Shown here piece after piece: positions 19,354 through 27,876 of a stretch of DNA of 64,000 bases. The notes beneath the pieces are model-generated. The model did no database searches, was not told the origin of the DNA, and saw only the letters and a list, made by a program, of their open reading frames with translations. The position numbers and the translations under genes are program-made. Each line of letters opens with the position of its first letter. Position 1 is the first letter of the stretch. This DNA comes from a virus. The DNA is taken from the IMG/VR virus record IMGVR_UViG_3300042197_004918, positions 1 to 64,000 of that record. One strand, written 5' to 3'.

Positions 19354-20934
19354 ATGGAGGAGAATCCGTTTCTAAAATCATTATTATCTGAATGGAGTGC
19401 TAAATCACCGACGGGCGTAATAGACGTCAGAGATTTGGATAGTATTCAATCCATACTAGAACAACTTTCTTTGGGGCCTGAATTTATATCCGAATTCCTC
19501 CAAAATTACAACTCAGTGGTGAATGAATTGACTATTCGTGACGACCAAGGAAAAGACCTAACCCTCACACTCAAAAAGATATTCATAGAGAAGTTAAGGG
19601 TGATTAATCCTGAGTGGGCTTCAAAACTGACCGAAGGTGACGAGATTGTTCGTCAGCCCTCCACCGTAACCGATGGAGAAAAAATCAAAATTACCCGTAG
19701 TTCATTGGTAAGGACTGACCAACCGGGAGACACGTCATGGTTAATACCAAGTCTTCCTGGCGTGGTGTTTTACATAGATTTTTCCATAGACGTAAACGGT
19801 GTTCTAAAGCGGTCTTCAAAACAATCTGAAAAGTTGTTATCCACCGACACCGAGGCTTTACATGAATGTTTCTTCGTCGTTGCCCTTGCATCTCAAATTG
19901 ATTCACAAGGAAACTCCAGTGGACTTGCTTCGGTGAATTCTCTAAGACCTCTCATCGAACTCATAAATTCGACTAGAATTCTTATAAAAGACAAAGAGAA
20001 AATTCACCACGTCTTTTCATCCAGAATTGGGAATGAACCATTTTCGTCAGAAGTGAATCTCAGAAAGGTTGATGCACAGAAATGTGCTGAAGCTGCCTAC
20101 AAGAAAATATCTGAACTCTATCACTCCCCTACATTCGACTACGTGACCCGTGTTTTCGAGGGATCCGATGGAAAGAAAGTTGTCGCCGACGCATCCATTA
20201 AAGTTGCTGGGGAGATATTAAGCATTTCACTGAAATACAAAAAGGGTCAACTGAACAATCTGAAAGCGACGACTGTATTGGATAGTTTATTCGGCATTGA
20301 TGTTCATGGAAAGTCGCTCATGGATTCGGTTTACGAGTTTGACCAAACGAAGATTGACCAGTTATTACAGTATTTCGTCCTTGGTATAAACACCCATCTT
20401 CCACCAAAGAACAGCAAATTCTTCATAGACAATAAAGGATTGACGTATCCGGCTTTCAAGAAACTTGTTTCAAAGAACGAATATTATCCATTAGCATATA
20501 CAACTGTTGCTACGGAACTTGTGAAAACAAAGCCGGAAGCAGCGGATTTTGTGGACAAATACAAGAAGCTTAAATCGGCAAATCTCACCGCAACAATCAC
20601 TCGTTACATAGAGTCTAACAAGACTCCTAAAAACAATTTCACCAAGTTCTTGACATATATTCTCAGATGTGAACCAGAGAAGAGTTATATGTATGTCGGG
20701 GATAGTGGAAAGTCGATATACACGATACCGTCTCAAGCAACTCTCGTAACGAAAGAAATTAACGTAAAAGTCGAACCAAAACCAGCAGTGGATTATTCAT
20801 CTCACGTCACAGTTTTTGTCAAAGAGGAACTCGCTTTCGAGTTTGATATGAATTTCAGATGGACAAAATCACAGTGGGTTGGTGATATGAGTCAAGTGGG
20901 AAGAAACCTGAAAGCATACGAAATAGATTGGTGA
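19354..20934 (+). CDS. hypothetical protein with restriction-endonuclease-like PD-(D/E)xK core
   Basis: ADASIKV...ILSISLKY motif; TATTTATA at 19339. Confidence 0.5.
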   Translation: MEENPFLKSLLSEWSAKSPTGVIDVRDLDSIQSILEQLSLGPEFISEFLQNYNSVVNELTIRDDQGKDLTLTLKKIFIEKLRVINPEWASKLTEGDEIVRQPSTVTDGEKIKITRSSLVRTDQPGDTSWLIPSLPGVVFYIDFSIDVNGVLKRSSKQSEKLLSTDTEALHECFFVVALASQIDSQGNSSGLASVNSLRPLIELINSTRILIKDKEKIHHVFSSRIGNEPFSSEVNLRKVDAQKCAEAAYKKISELYHSPTFDYVTRVFEGSDGKKVVADASIKVAGEILSISLKYKKGQLNNLKATTVLDSLFGIDVHGKSLMDSVYEFDQTKIDQLLQYFVLGINTHLPPKNSKFFIDNKGLTYPAFKKLVSKNEYYPLAYTTVATELVKTKPEAADFVDKYKKLKSANLTATITRYIESNKTPKNNFTKFLTYILRCEPEKSYMYVGDSGKSIYTIPSQATLVTKEINVKVEPKPAVDYSSHVTVFVKEELAFEFDMNFRWTKSQWVGDMSQVGRNLKAYEIDW

Positions 20935-20937
20935 AAT

Positions 20938-21675
20938 ATGAAGACTATCGAAAAATTTATAAACCAAATATCATTGGATGAACGCATCACAGATGGTATC
21001 TTCAATCCCGAACTTGAGGAACACCTAAACGTATTTCAAGACCACCTTGAAAAGATGGGAGTATCGGCTGACGAAGCGCTTGAGGTAAGAAACCGGATGA
21101 TGGAGGGAAAGTTTCCAGAACGTCAAGCATACAACGCCAATGGAATCTTGGTTACATTTCCGACACCTGAGTATAAACAACGGGCCATTAAACGTGGAAC
21201 TCACTTTGAGAAAAACCCAAAACAAAAACAACCCAATGTAAGTTTTGACGACGCAGGTGCTTCACCGGAACCTAAAAAGGACGCGGAGCCTAAGCCGGAA
21301 CCGAAACCAGAGCCAAAGCCGGAACCGAAACCAGAGCCAAAGCCGGAACCGAAACCAGAGCCAAAGCCGGAACCGAAACCGGAGCCAGTTGAACCCCCAA
21401 AACCACAACTTCCATCCCCAACGGAGGGTGTCCCCGTTTTGGTTCTTCCTCCGGGAGAATTGAAAAAGCGTGAAGATGCTATAATCAAACAATCCCAAGA
21501 GGATTATGTAGAGAAGATTTTAGCAAACGAATCCACGAAAGTTAGATTCACATTAGATGAAGCGAGAACTAACAATTTCTACAATAAGGGATTTCGTTGG
21601 TATGATTCATCGGGGAATTTTGTAGGAGTCATGTGTTACGAAGAAAAGTCGAAGACGTGCTTCATAATCGGATAA
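20938..21675 (+). CDS. hypothetical protein with PEPK proline-rich linker
   Basis: 245-aa ORF; about 9 EPKP units. Confidence 0.7.
   Translation: MKTIEKFINQISLDERITDGIFNPELEEHLNVFQDHLEKMGVSADEALEVRNRMMEGKFPERQAYNANGILVTFPTPEYKQRAIKRGTHFEKNPKQKQPNVSFDDAGASPEPKKDAEPKPEPKPEPKPEPKPEPKPEPKPEPKPEPKPEPVEPPKPQLPSPTEGVPVLVLPPGELKKREDAIIKQSQEDYVEKILANESTKVRFTLDEARTNNFYNKGFRWYDSSGNFVGVMCYEEKSKTCFIIG
21292..21387 (+). repeat. 4 x 24-nt coding tandem repeat (KPEPKPEP)
   Basis: AAGCCGGAACCGAAACCAGAGCCA three times exact, fourth copy with one mismatch. Confidence 0.95.
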
Positions 21676-21676
21676 A

Positions 21677-22069
21677 ATGAGAACACAACTGCTTTGCACG
21701 TTTTCAGAAAAGTCTGAGTGTTCGTCGCTCCTAGAACAAATACTCGATTGTTACAAACTCTCCGATGGAAAATTTTTCGTCTTTGAGGATTGCAAAAATC
21801 CGCTGGTTTTGATGGTTACTTACAACGTCTTGATTGTTGATGGTGGATTGAGTAAGTTCCCCGCCACCATTTCAATTCATCGTAAAAAACAAACCAATAC
21901 TCTATACACGCTGAACGCCATGAATAAAATTATCATGGAAGAGAATGGCGGTGTGCTAGACAAAAGTTTTCAGTTGGATTGGGAGATTTATCGAAACTGT
22001 CTTATCATAACATCCGAGTCAGGATATAGAATAATTGACCTACGGTTGATTGATATAATACGTAGATAA
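21677..22069 (+). CDS. conserved hypothetical phage protein
   Basis: QLLCTF, TISIHRKKQTNTLYTLNAMN motifs; directly upstream of SSB. Confidence 0.7.
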   Translation: MRTQLLCTFSEKSECSSLLEQILDCYKLSDGKFFVFEDCKNPLVLMVTYNVLIVDGGLSKFPATISIHRKKQTNTLYTLNAMNKIIMEENGGVLDKSFQLDWEIYRNCLIITSESGYRIIDLRLIDIIRR

Positions 22070-22202
22070 TTTCGAGTTAAAATAACTTTTCTTTGTAAGA
22101 AACGTCGTGTAGAGTGATAGTTATTAGGTGATAGGAAATGAATTAACTACTGTAGTTAACGATTGACTTATTTACTAATTAACAACTAAAAAACTAAACA
22201 TT

Positions 22203-23045
22203 ATGGCGTTAAACCTTGATCGCATCAAGAGTCGTTTGAGCTCTCTCTCAAACACAAATTCAAAATCAACCCTCATTTGGAAGCCAAGTCCAGGAAAGCA
22301 GGTTGTTCGTATTGTTCCCTATAAGTTCAATGTCGAAAACCCTTTCATTGAATTGAAGTTCCACTATGGGCTTAACGGTAAGACCTACCTTTCCCCAGAC
22401 AGTTTCAACCGTCCTGACCCGATTGTTGAGTTTAGCAATAAGCTCAAGAAGTCCGGAGACAAGGAAGAGTGGAAGTTTGGTAAGAAGATTGAACCGAAGA
22501 TGAGAACGTTCGTCCCGGTCCTCGTTCGTGGTGAAGAGGGCCAAGGCGTCCGCTTCTGGGGATTCGGTAAAAACGTTTACCAAGAGATTCTCTCCATCAT
22601 TTCCGACCCCGATTACGGTGATATTACCGACGTCTCGAACGGTCGTGATATTGTGGTCGAGTTCAAGACTGCTGAGGAAACTGGCAAGTCTTTCCCTGAG
22701 ACATCTATCCGTGTCAAACCTAACACTTCTACCGCCGTTCCTCCGGCCGAGAAGGATTTGATTGCTAAACTTTCAAATCAGACAAACATCCTTGAACTCT
22801 TCCCAGAACTCAGTTATGACGAGTTGAAGGGCGTCATGGAGGCTTGGTTACATAGTTCAGAGAACAGTGAAGAATCGGCGTCGCCAAGTGCGACTGCTTC
22901 TTCTGAAACGAAGGCTTCGCTCGAAGAGTCTGCTGCACCAAAAGTAGCAACAACCGCAGCTCCAGCAAAGTCTCCTTCGGCCGTAGCATCCAAGGCAAAT
23001 ACGGATGACGTGTCGAAAGCGTTTGACAATCTGTTCAACTCGTAA
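22203..23045 (+). CDS. gp32: single-stranded DNA-binding protein (T4 gp32-like)
   Basis: WKPSPGKQVVRIVP, FWGFGK, DYGDITD...GRD, acidic/Ala tail ending FDNLFNS. Confidence 0.85.
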   Translation: MALNLDRIKSRLSSLSNTNSKSTLIWKPSPGKQVVRIVPYKFNVENPFIELKFHYGLNGKTYLSPDSFNRPDPIVEFSNKLKKSGDKEEWKFGKKIEPKMRTFVPVLVRGEEGQGVRFWGFGKNVYQEILSIISDPDYGDITDVSNGRDIVVEFKTAEETGKSFPETSIRVKPNTSTAVPPAEKDLIAKLSNQTNILELFPELSYDELKGVMEAWLHSSENSEESASPSATASSETKASLEESAAPKVATTAAPAKSPSAVASKANTDDVSKAFDNLFNS

Positions 23046-23059
23046 TAAATTACATGAAA

Positions 23060-23093
23060 CACGGGGAGGGGAAGTTTCTCCCCTCCCCGTTTT
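23060..23093 (+). terminator. hairpin / intrinsic terminator after SSB
   Basis: ACGGGGAGGGGA / TCCCCTCCCCGT stem followed by TTT. Confidence 0.8.
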
Positions 23094-23112
23094 CGTATAA
23101 ACACATAAATTT

Positions 23113-24270
23113 ATGGCAAAAACAAAAAGCACAACAAAAGTAGAATTCGACGCGAAGGGTCGTAGAGACGATCTTCTCGTGGACCTCCAAACGGAGATAA
23201 ATAAGTCGTCCAAAGAAGGGAAACAGGCATTCTTCCTTGACGAGCAGGACGATCCTTCAACTGTAAGCGAGTGGATTTCAACCGGTTCCTCAACTTTAGA
23301 TTTGGCAATAAGCAATCGCCCTAACGGTGGGTTGCCTGTAGGTAGAATGGTTGAGTTTAACGGACTTGAGGGAACGGGTAAGAGTCTCGTTTCCGCACAC
23401 ATCGTAGCCGACACCCAGAAAAAGGGAGGCGTAGCAGTGGTGATTGACACCGAGAACGCAGCTGCACCTGAGTTTTGGGCAAGTCTAGGAGTGGATTTAA
23501 AGAATCTCCTATACATCCAATCAGATACAGTCGAAGACGTATTTGAAAAGATGGAGAACATCATCGCGGTGGTCAGAAAATCCAACAAGAAGAGGATTCT
23601 CACTATCATTGTCGATTCGGTTGCAGGCGTTTCTACTAAAGCTGAATTGGAGAGCGACCACGGAAAAGATGGTTGGTCAACCGGCAAGGCTATCATCATA
23701 GGAAAGGCCATGAGAAAAATCACAAGCATGGTAGGACGACAGCAGGTTCTTATCGTCTTCACAAACCAACTCAGGCAAAACCTAAACGCAGCGATGTTCG
23801 GAGATAAGTGGATTGTTTCCGGTGGAAAAGCTCTGGCATTCCATTGTTCAGTTCGCGTCCGACTAGCTAACGCTGGTATGTTAAAACGTGGAACGATGGT
23901 CATCGGAAACAAGTGTAAAGCGAAAGTGGTCAAGAACAGAATGGGTCCGCCTCAACGAGTTGCTGAGTTTGACATCTATCACGACAGCGGAATCGCTGAC
24001 TTCGGAAGTTGGTTGGAGGTTATGAAGGTTCACGACATTGTTAAATACAGTGCTCCAAATTACACATACCATCAAGATGTTGGTGACGCCGTGAAGTTCA
24101 CAGCGAAGGAATTCGTTGGACTTATGCGGGAAAATGCGGTTCTAAAGGACGAGTTGTATAACAAGATTTGCAACGCTGTCATTATGAAGTATAAAGACCC
24201 TAACTCAAATATTGTCGAAGATGCGACAGTGGACGAGAATGAAGATGGGGTAGTTTCATCCGACGAATAA
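23113..24270 (+). CDS. recA: RecA/UvsX recombinase
   Basis: ISTGSSTLD, GGLPVGR, Walker A GLEGTGKS, IDTE, IVDSVA, FTNQLR, GGKALAF, KNRMGPP. Confidence 0.95.
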   Translation: MAKTKSTTKVEFDAKGRRDDLLVDLQTEINKSSKEGKQAFFLDEQDDPSTVSEWISTGSSTLDLAISNRPNGGLPVGRMVEFNGLEGTGKSLVSAHIVADTQKKGGVAVVIDTENAAAPEFWASLGVDLKNLLYIQSDTVEDVFEKMENIIAVVRKSNKKRILTIIVDSVAGVSTKAELESDHGKDGWSTGKAIIIGKAMRKITSMVGRQQVLIVFTNQLRQNLNAAMFGDKWIVSGGKALAFHCSVRVRLANAGMLKRGTMVIGNKCKAKVVKNRMGPPQRVAEFDIYHDSGIADFGSWLEVMKVHDIVKYSAPNYTYHQDVGDAVKFTAKEFVGLMRENAVLKDELYNKICNAVIMKYKDPNSNIVEDATVDENEDGVVSSDE

Positions 24271-24271
24271 T

Positions 24272-25348
24272 ATGGACCCACTGAACACTGACGACAAGAA
24301 GAGGTTGTATTCTTTATTTTCAAACGTAAAGGACGACATGACCGGCAAGGTCTTGGATAAGAAGGACACATCGGATGTCTTAATTATTGACGCTCTAAAT
24401 TTGTTCATCCGTGTTTGGTCGGTTTCTCCATATATGAATGAAGACGGTATTCACACGGGTGGCGTCTCCGGGTTCCTAAAGAGCCTCGGAGCCGCCATCC
24501 GTCTCCTTTCTCCAACAAAATGTATTTTGGTATTCGATGGAAACGGTGGAAGCTTGAAACGCAGGAAGATTTATCCTGAGTATAAAAACAAACGGAGGAC
24601 TAAGGTTCGGTTGAATAGAACCTACGTTGACAACTGTTCCAACGATGATGAAGAGAAGAACCTAAAGAAACAGTTAATAAGAACGGTAAATTATCTGGAC
24701 TATTTGCCATTGACTGTAATGGCGGTCGATAATGTGGAAGCCGACGATGTGATTGCATATCTGGCCTTAGATAAGTTTAAAGACAGTTCCATAACCATCA
24801 TGTCGTCCGACAAGGATTTCCTCCAGTTGGCGAGCGATAGAATCAAGATTTGGAGCCCGGTTAAGAAGAAGCTGTATGGTTGCGCTGAACTTCTGACGGA
24901 GTATGGCATAAGCTGTCAGAACTTCATAAACTATAGAATTTTGGAGGGCGATACGAGCGACAATATCAGTGGTATTCCTGGCGCAGGGTTAAAGACCATA
25001 ATCAAGTGTTTTCCGATTTTCACTGACCCTAAACGATATACAACGGATGAAATATGTAATTACGCTGACACACATAAGGGCCGATACAAGTTATATGACA
25101 CAATCTTGGAAAACAAATCCATCCTTGAGCGTAATTATGCTTTAATGCAATTGAATGTAAGCGAGATGCAGGGATTCACCCAATTAAGAGTGAACGAGAT
25201 CATAGATGCTAACGTCGCCCGATTAAATCGGTTTGAATTTAGCAAGCTCGTGACGGAAGATAAGATATGGAACAACATTCCCAACTACCAAATATGGCTG
25301 TCTGAAAACTTTGGAAAGTTGGACAATTTTGTTAAAGTAGTGAAGTAA
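24272..25348 (+). CDS. 5'-3' exonuclease / T4 RNase H-like flap nuclease
   Basis: LIIDALN, VFDG, YPEYK, EADDVIA, SSDKDFLQ, GDTSDNISGIPGAGLKT. Confidence 0.92.
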   Translation: MDPLNTDDKKRLYSLFSNVKDDMTGKVLDKKDTSDVLIIDALNLFIRVWSVSPYMNEDGIHTGGVSGFLKSLGAAIRLLSPTKCILVFDGNGGSLKRRKIYPEYKNKRRTKVRLNRTYVDNCSNDDEEKNLKKQLIRTVNYLDYLPLTVMAVDNVEADDVIAYLALDKFKDSSITIMSSDKDFLQLASDRIKIWSPVKKKLYGCAELLTEYGISCQNFINYRILEGDTSDNISGIPGAGLKTIIKCFPIFTDPKRYTTDEICNYADTHKGRYKLYDTILENKSILERNYALMQLNVSEMQGFTQLRVNEIIDANVARLNRFEFSKLVTEDKIWNNIPNYQIWLSENFGKLDNFVKVVK

Positions 25349-25389
25349 GGATATATTTATACTTGGAGGCTATACAACCGTCGGCAACA

Positions 25390-25421
25390 AAAAGGCCCGC
25401 TCATCACTGAGCGGGCCTTCC
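25390..25421 (-). terminator. intrinsic terminator of the minus-strand gene
   Basis: AAGGCCCGCTCA / TGAGCGGGCCTT stem; U-run on the minus strand. Confidence 0.85.
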
Positions 25422-25436
25422 GATTTCAATTGTCAA

Positions 25437-26264
25437 TTACTCTATCCAACCACTCGGCGGCTTCGCATACTTTGGGAAACTTTTAGGAAAAGCCACTTGA
25501 TTCATCTTTGGTTGTATAACACCCATGTCAATCAACGCCTCTCTCGAAGCATAGTAAATCTCAAATCGTTGGGTTTTAGTCCCACGAGTGAATTCCGTGC
25601 TTGTGACCTTACTCTCCTTCGCCTTCCCCCAACCAGACCCCATATCAAATGAACGAAGAACGTTGGATGTGTTGCTGTAGTTGACCGCTGTGCCAGCACT
25701 AAGACTATTACAGGAGACCGTTTTCGACATCCCCGATGAATAATCCGCGTCTAATCCACAACTATCTGCTGTGGTGGTGTATTGTTGGTCCATCCATTTT
25801 AACGGAGCACCAGTTCCACCGTCTCGTTGATTATAGAAACCATTGTTAGTGGTCGTGATAACCCAATCTGCATAAGGTTGGTGTTCGTCATATACAACCA
25901 CTCCGATGACTCCACAATTCACAACCGAACCGTCTTTTTTAGATTTAGCATAAGACTGTGATTTCTTCACAAACTTAAACGCTCCAACCTTTTCATCGTT
26001 GTATCTAAATCCCTTGATTCTGCAAGCAGAATAGCCAGCAATGACATAACCAGAGTCTTCGGTTGAGGCCTGTTCTCCGGTTAATACATTCAAACCATCT
26101 ACACTTGTAACGGCTAGAATTCGGGATGAACCGTGGTTTTTTATTGAGATTTCGTATTCGCTACCCTCTTTGGCTTCGACATACACTTTTCCGTCTTTGT
26201 GGTGCTTGGCGACGGAGTTTCCATTTACGAGGATTGTTACCTCGGACAATGCATAGTTTAACAT
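25437..26264 (-). CDS. hypothetical protein (VDGLNVLTG / NCGVIGVVVYDE family)
   Basis: Long minus-strand ORF with its own TACTTATA octamer (26320-26313) and terminator; start placed at MLNYALS. Confidence 0.8.
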   Translation of the reverse strand: MLNYALSEVTILVNGNSVAKHHKDGKVYVEAKEGSEYEISIKNHGSSRILAVTSVDGLNVLTGEQASTEDSGYVIAGYSACRIKGFRYNDEKVGAFKFVKKSQSYAKSKKDGSVVNCGVIGVVVYDEHQPYADWVITTTNNGFYNQRDGGTGAPLKWMDQQYTTTADSCGLDADYSSGMSKTVSCNSLSAGTAVNYSNTSNVLRSFDMGSGWGKAKESKVTSTEFTRGTKTQRFEIYYASREALIDMGVIQPKMNQVAFPKSFPKYAKPPSGWIE

Positions 26265-26378
26265 AATTTTATCTTTCTCTTTACGAAAGCTGGTCATACA
26301 CCAGATTCCAGATATAAGTATGGGCAAAAAGTTAAAACAATTTGTGTTTTATTTGTTATAGAGTTATTGTCAATTGAC

Positions 26379-27761
26379 ATGGATACACAAATCATCGACA
26401 ACCTAAAAAAATACGGCGCAGAGTTTCAGTTGAAGTGCATATCGAGCCTCCTCAGCGACAAGTCATTCTTAGAAAGAATTTCTGACATAGTAGACCCGCA
26501 GAGTTTCGAGTCGGACGCCCATCAGTGGATAGTTAAGACCATTATCGAGTATTTTATGAAATACAAAGACATTCCGACGTTGAATGTCTTCAAGGTTCAA
26601 GTTGACACAATCGAGGTCGAAACCTTGAAAAGAGCCGCCGTCGAACAGTTGAAGTTCGTATATCAGAAGATCAGCGACAGCGACATCAACTTCGTTAAGG
26701 AACAGTATTTGGAATTCTGTAAGAATCAAAAGATGAAGAGCGCTATTATGGATAGCGTGGATTTGATTAAACAGGGAGAATACGATAAAATCTCTCATGT
26801 AGTTCAAGATGCACTTAAAGCCGGTATGGAACGAAACGTCGGTCACACGTATATGACAGATATTGATTCTCGTATGAGTGTCATGGCGAGAAATACCACC
26901 AAAACGAATTGGGTAGAAATTGATTCAATCATGGATGGTGGATTGGCGCCAGGAGAACTCGGTGTCATAACGGCCTGTGCCGGTAGCGGAAAGAGTTGGG
27001 TCTTGGCCAAGATTGGGACCGAGACGATGAAACAAGGAAAAAACGTCGTTCACTTCACACTCGAACTTAACGAGAACTATGTTGGTCTTAGATACGATGC
27101 TTGTTTCACGGGAATTGATTTCCAAAACGTCCGTAAGAACATCGACATCGTTAAAGCGAAGATTTCTCAAGTTCCTGGAAAGCTCATCATAAAATACTTT
27201 CCAATCAAAACCGTCTCCGCCCATAATTTAAAACTCCACATCGAAAGAATACAGATGCTTGGAACAAAGGTTGACTTGGTGATTGTTGACTACGCTGACA
27301 TATTGAGGCCAAGTCAGTCCGACAAGAACAGTAACAGTTATAGTGAAGCCGGTGGTATCTATGAAGAACTCCGTGGTGTCGCCGGAGAACTACAGATTCC
27401 GATATGGACTGCATCTCAGAGCAACAGAGCTGCCATGGACGAAGATATTATTCAGGCGAACAACATTTCGGACAGTTACCGGAAGATAATGACTGCTGAC
27501 TTCGTTATGAGTCTTTCACGTAAAGTAAACGATAAAGTCAGTAACACTGCTAGGTTCCATATAATCAAAAACCGTTTCGGACCGGACGGAATGACATTCC
27601 CAAGTAGAATGAATGCGGGATGTGGAGACATTCAAATATTCTCCGAATCTTCGAGAGAAGGTCTTGCTGCCATGGGAGAGATGAACGAGGGCGAGAACAT
27701 CGTCAAGAAGATGATCTCTAATAAGTGGAAATCACATATGGGAGACAACGATAACGAATAA
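26379..27761 (+). CDS. dnaB: replicative DNA helicase (DnaB/T4 gp41-like)
   Basis: Walker A AGSGKS, FTLEL, IVDYADIL, WTASQSNR, KNRFG; TTGTGT-17-TATTGT upstream. Confidence 0.93.
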   Translation: MDTQIIDNLKKYGAEFQLKCISSLLSDKSFLERISDIVDPQSFESDAHQWIVKTIIEYFMKYKDIPTLNVFKVQVDTIEVETLKRAAVEQLKFVYQKISDSDINFVKEQYLEFCKNQKMKSAIMDSVDLIKQGEYDKISHVVQDALKAGMERNVGHTYMTDIDSRMSVMARNTTKTNWVEIDSIMDGGLAPGELGVITACAGSGKSWVLAKIGTETMKQGKNVVHFTLELNENYVGLRYDACFTGIDFQNVRKNIDIVKAKISQVPGKLIIKYFPIKTVSAHNLKLHIERIQMLGTKVDLVIVDYADILRPSQSDKNSNSYSEAGGIYEELRGVAGELQIPIWTASQSNRAAMDEDIIQANNISDSYRKIMTADFVMSLSRKVNDKVSNTARFHIIKNRFGPDGMTFPSRMNAGCGDIQIFSESSREGLAAMGEMNEGENIVKKMISNKWKSHMGDNDNE

Positions 27762-27876
27762 ATACTATCAAACTGCTTTCACAAAATGAGAACTTTTTTT
27801 GCTAAAAGTTTCTAACAAAGTGGAAGCAATAGTATATTGAACAATAATTATTTCTCACAAAGGATTTTTAGTTACT

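Noticed and set aside
21245-21463. TonB gene, or separate RNRNQSQS / GFGS repeat proteins
   Set aside because: No TonB TM anchor or C-terminal domain; the alternative ORFs are other frames of the same 24-nt repeat
22857-23933. 358-aa minus-strand ORF and many other short antisense ORFs in the track
   Set aside because: They are shadows of well-supported plus-strand genes, with no motifs or promoters
27762-27876. Cobalamin riboswitch or NrdR box upstream of nrdJ
   Set aside because: No B12-box or NrdR consensus is recognisable; only a generic hairpin
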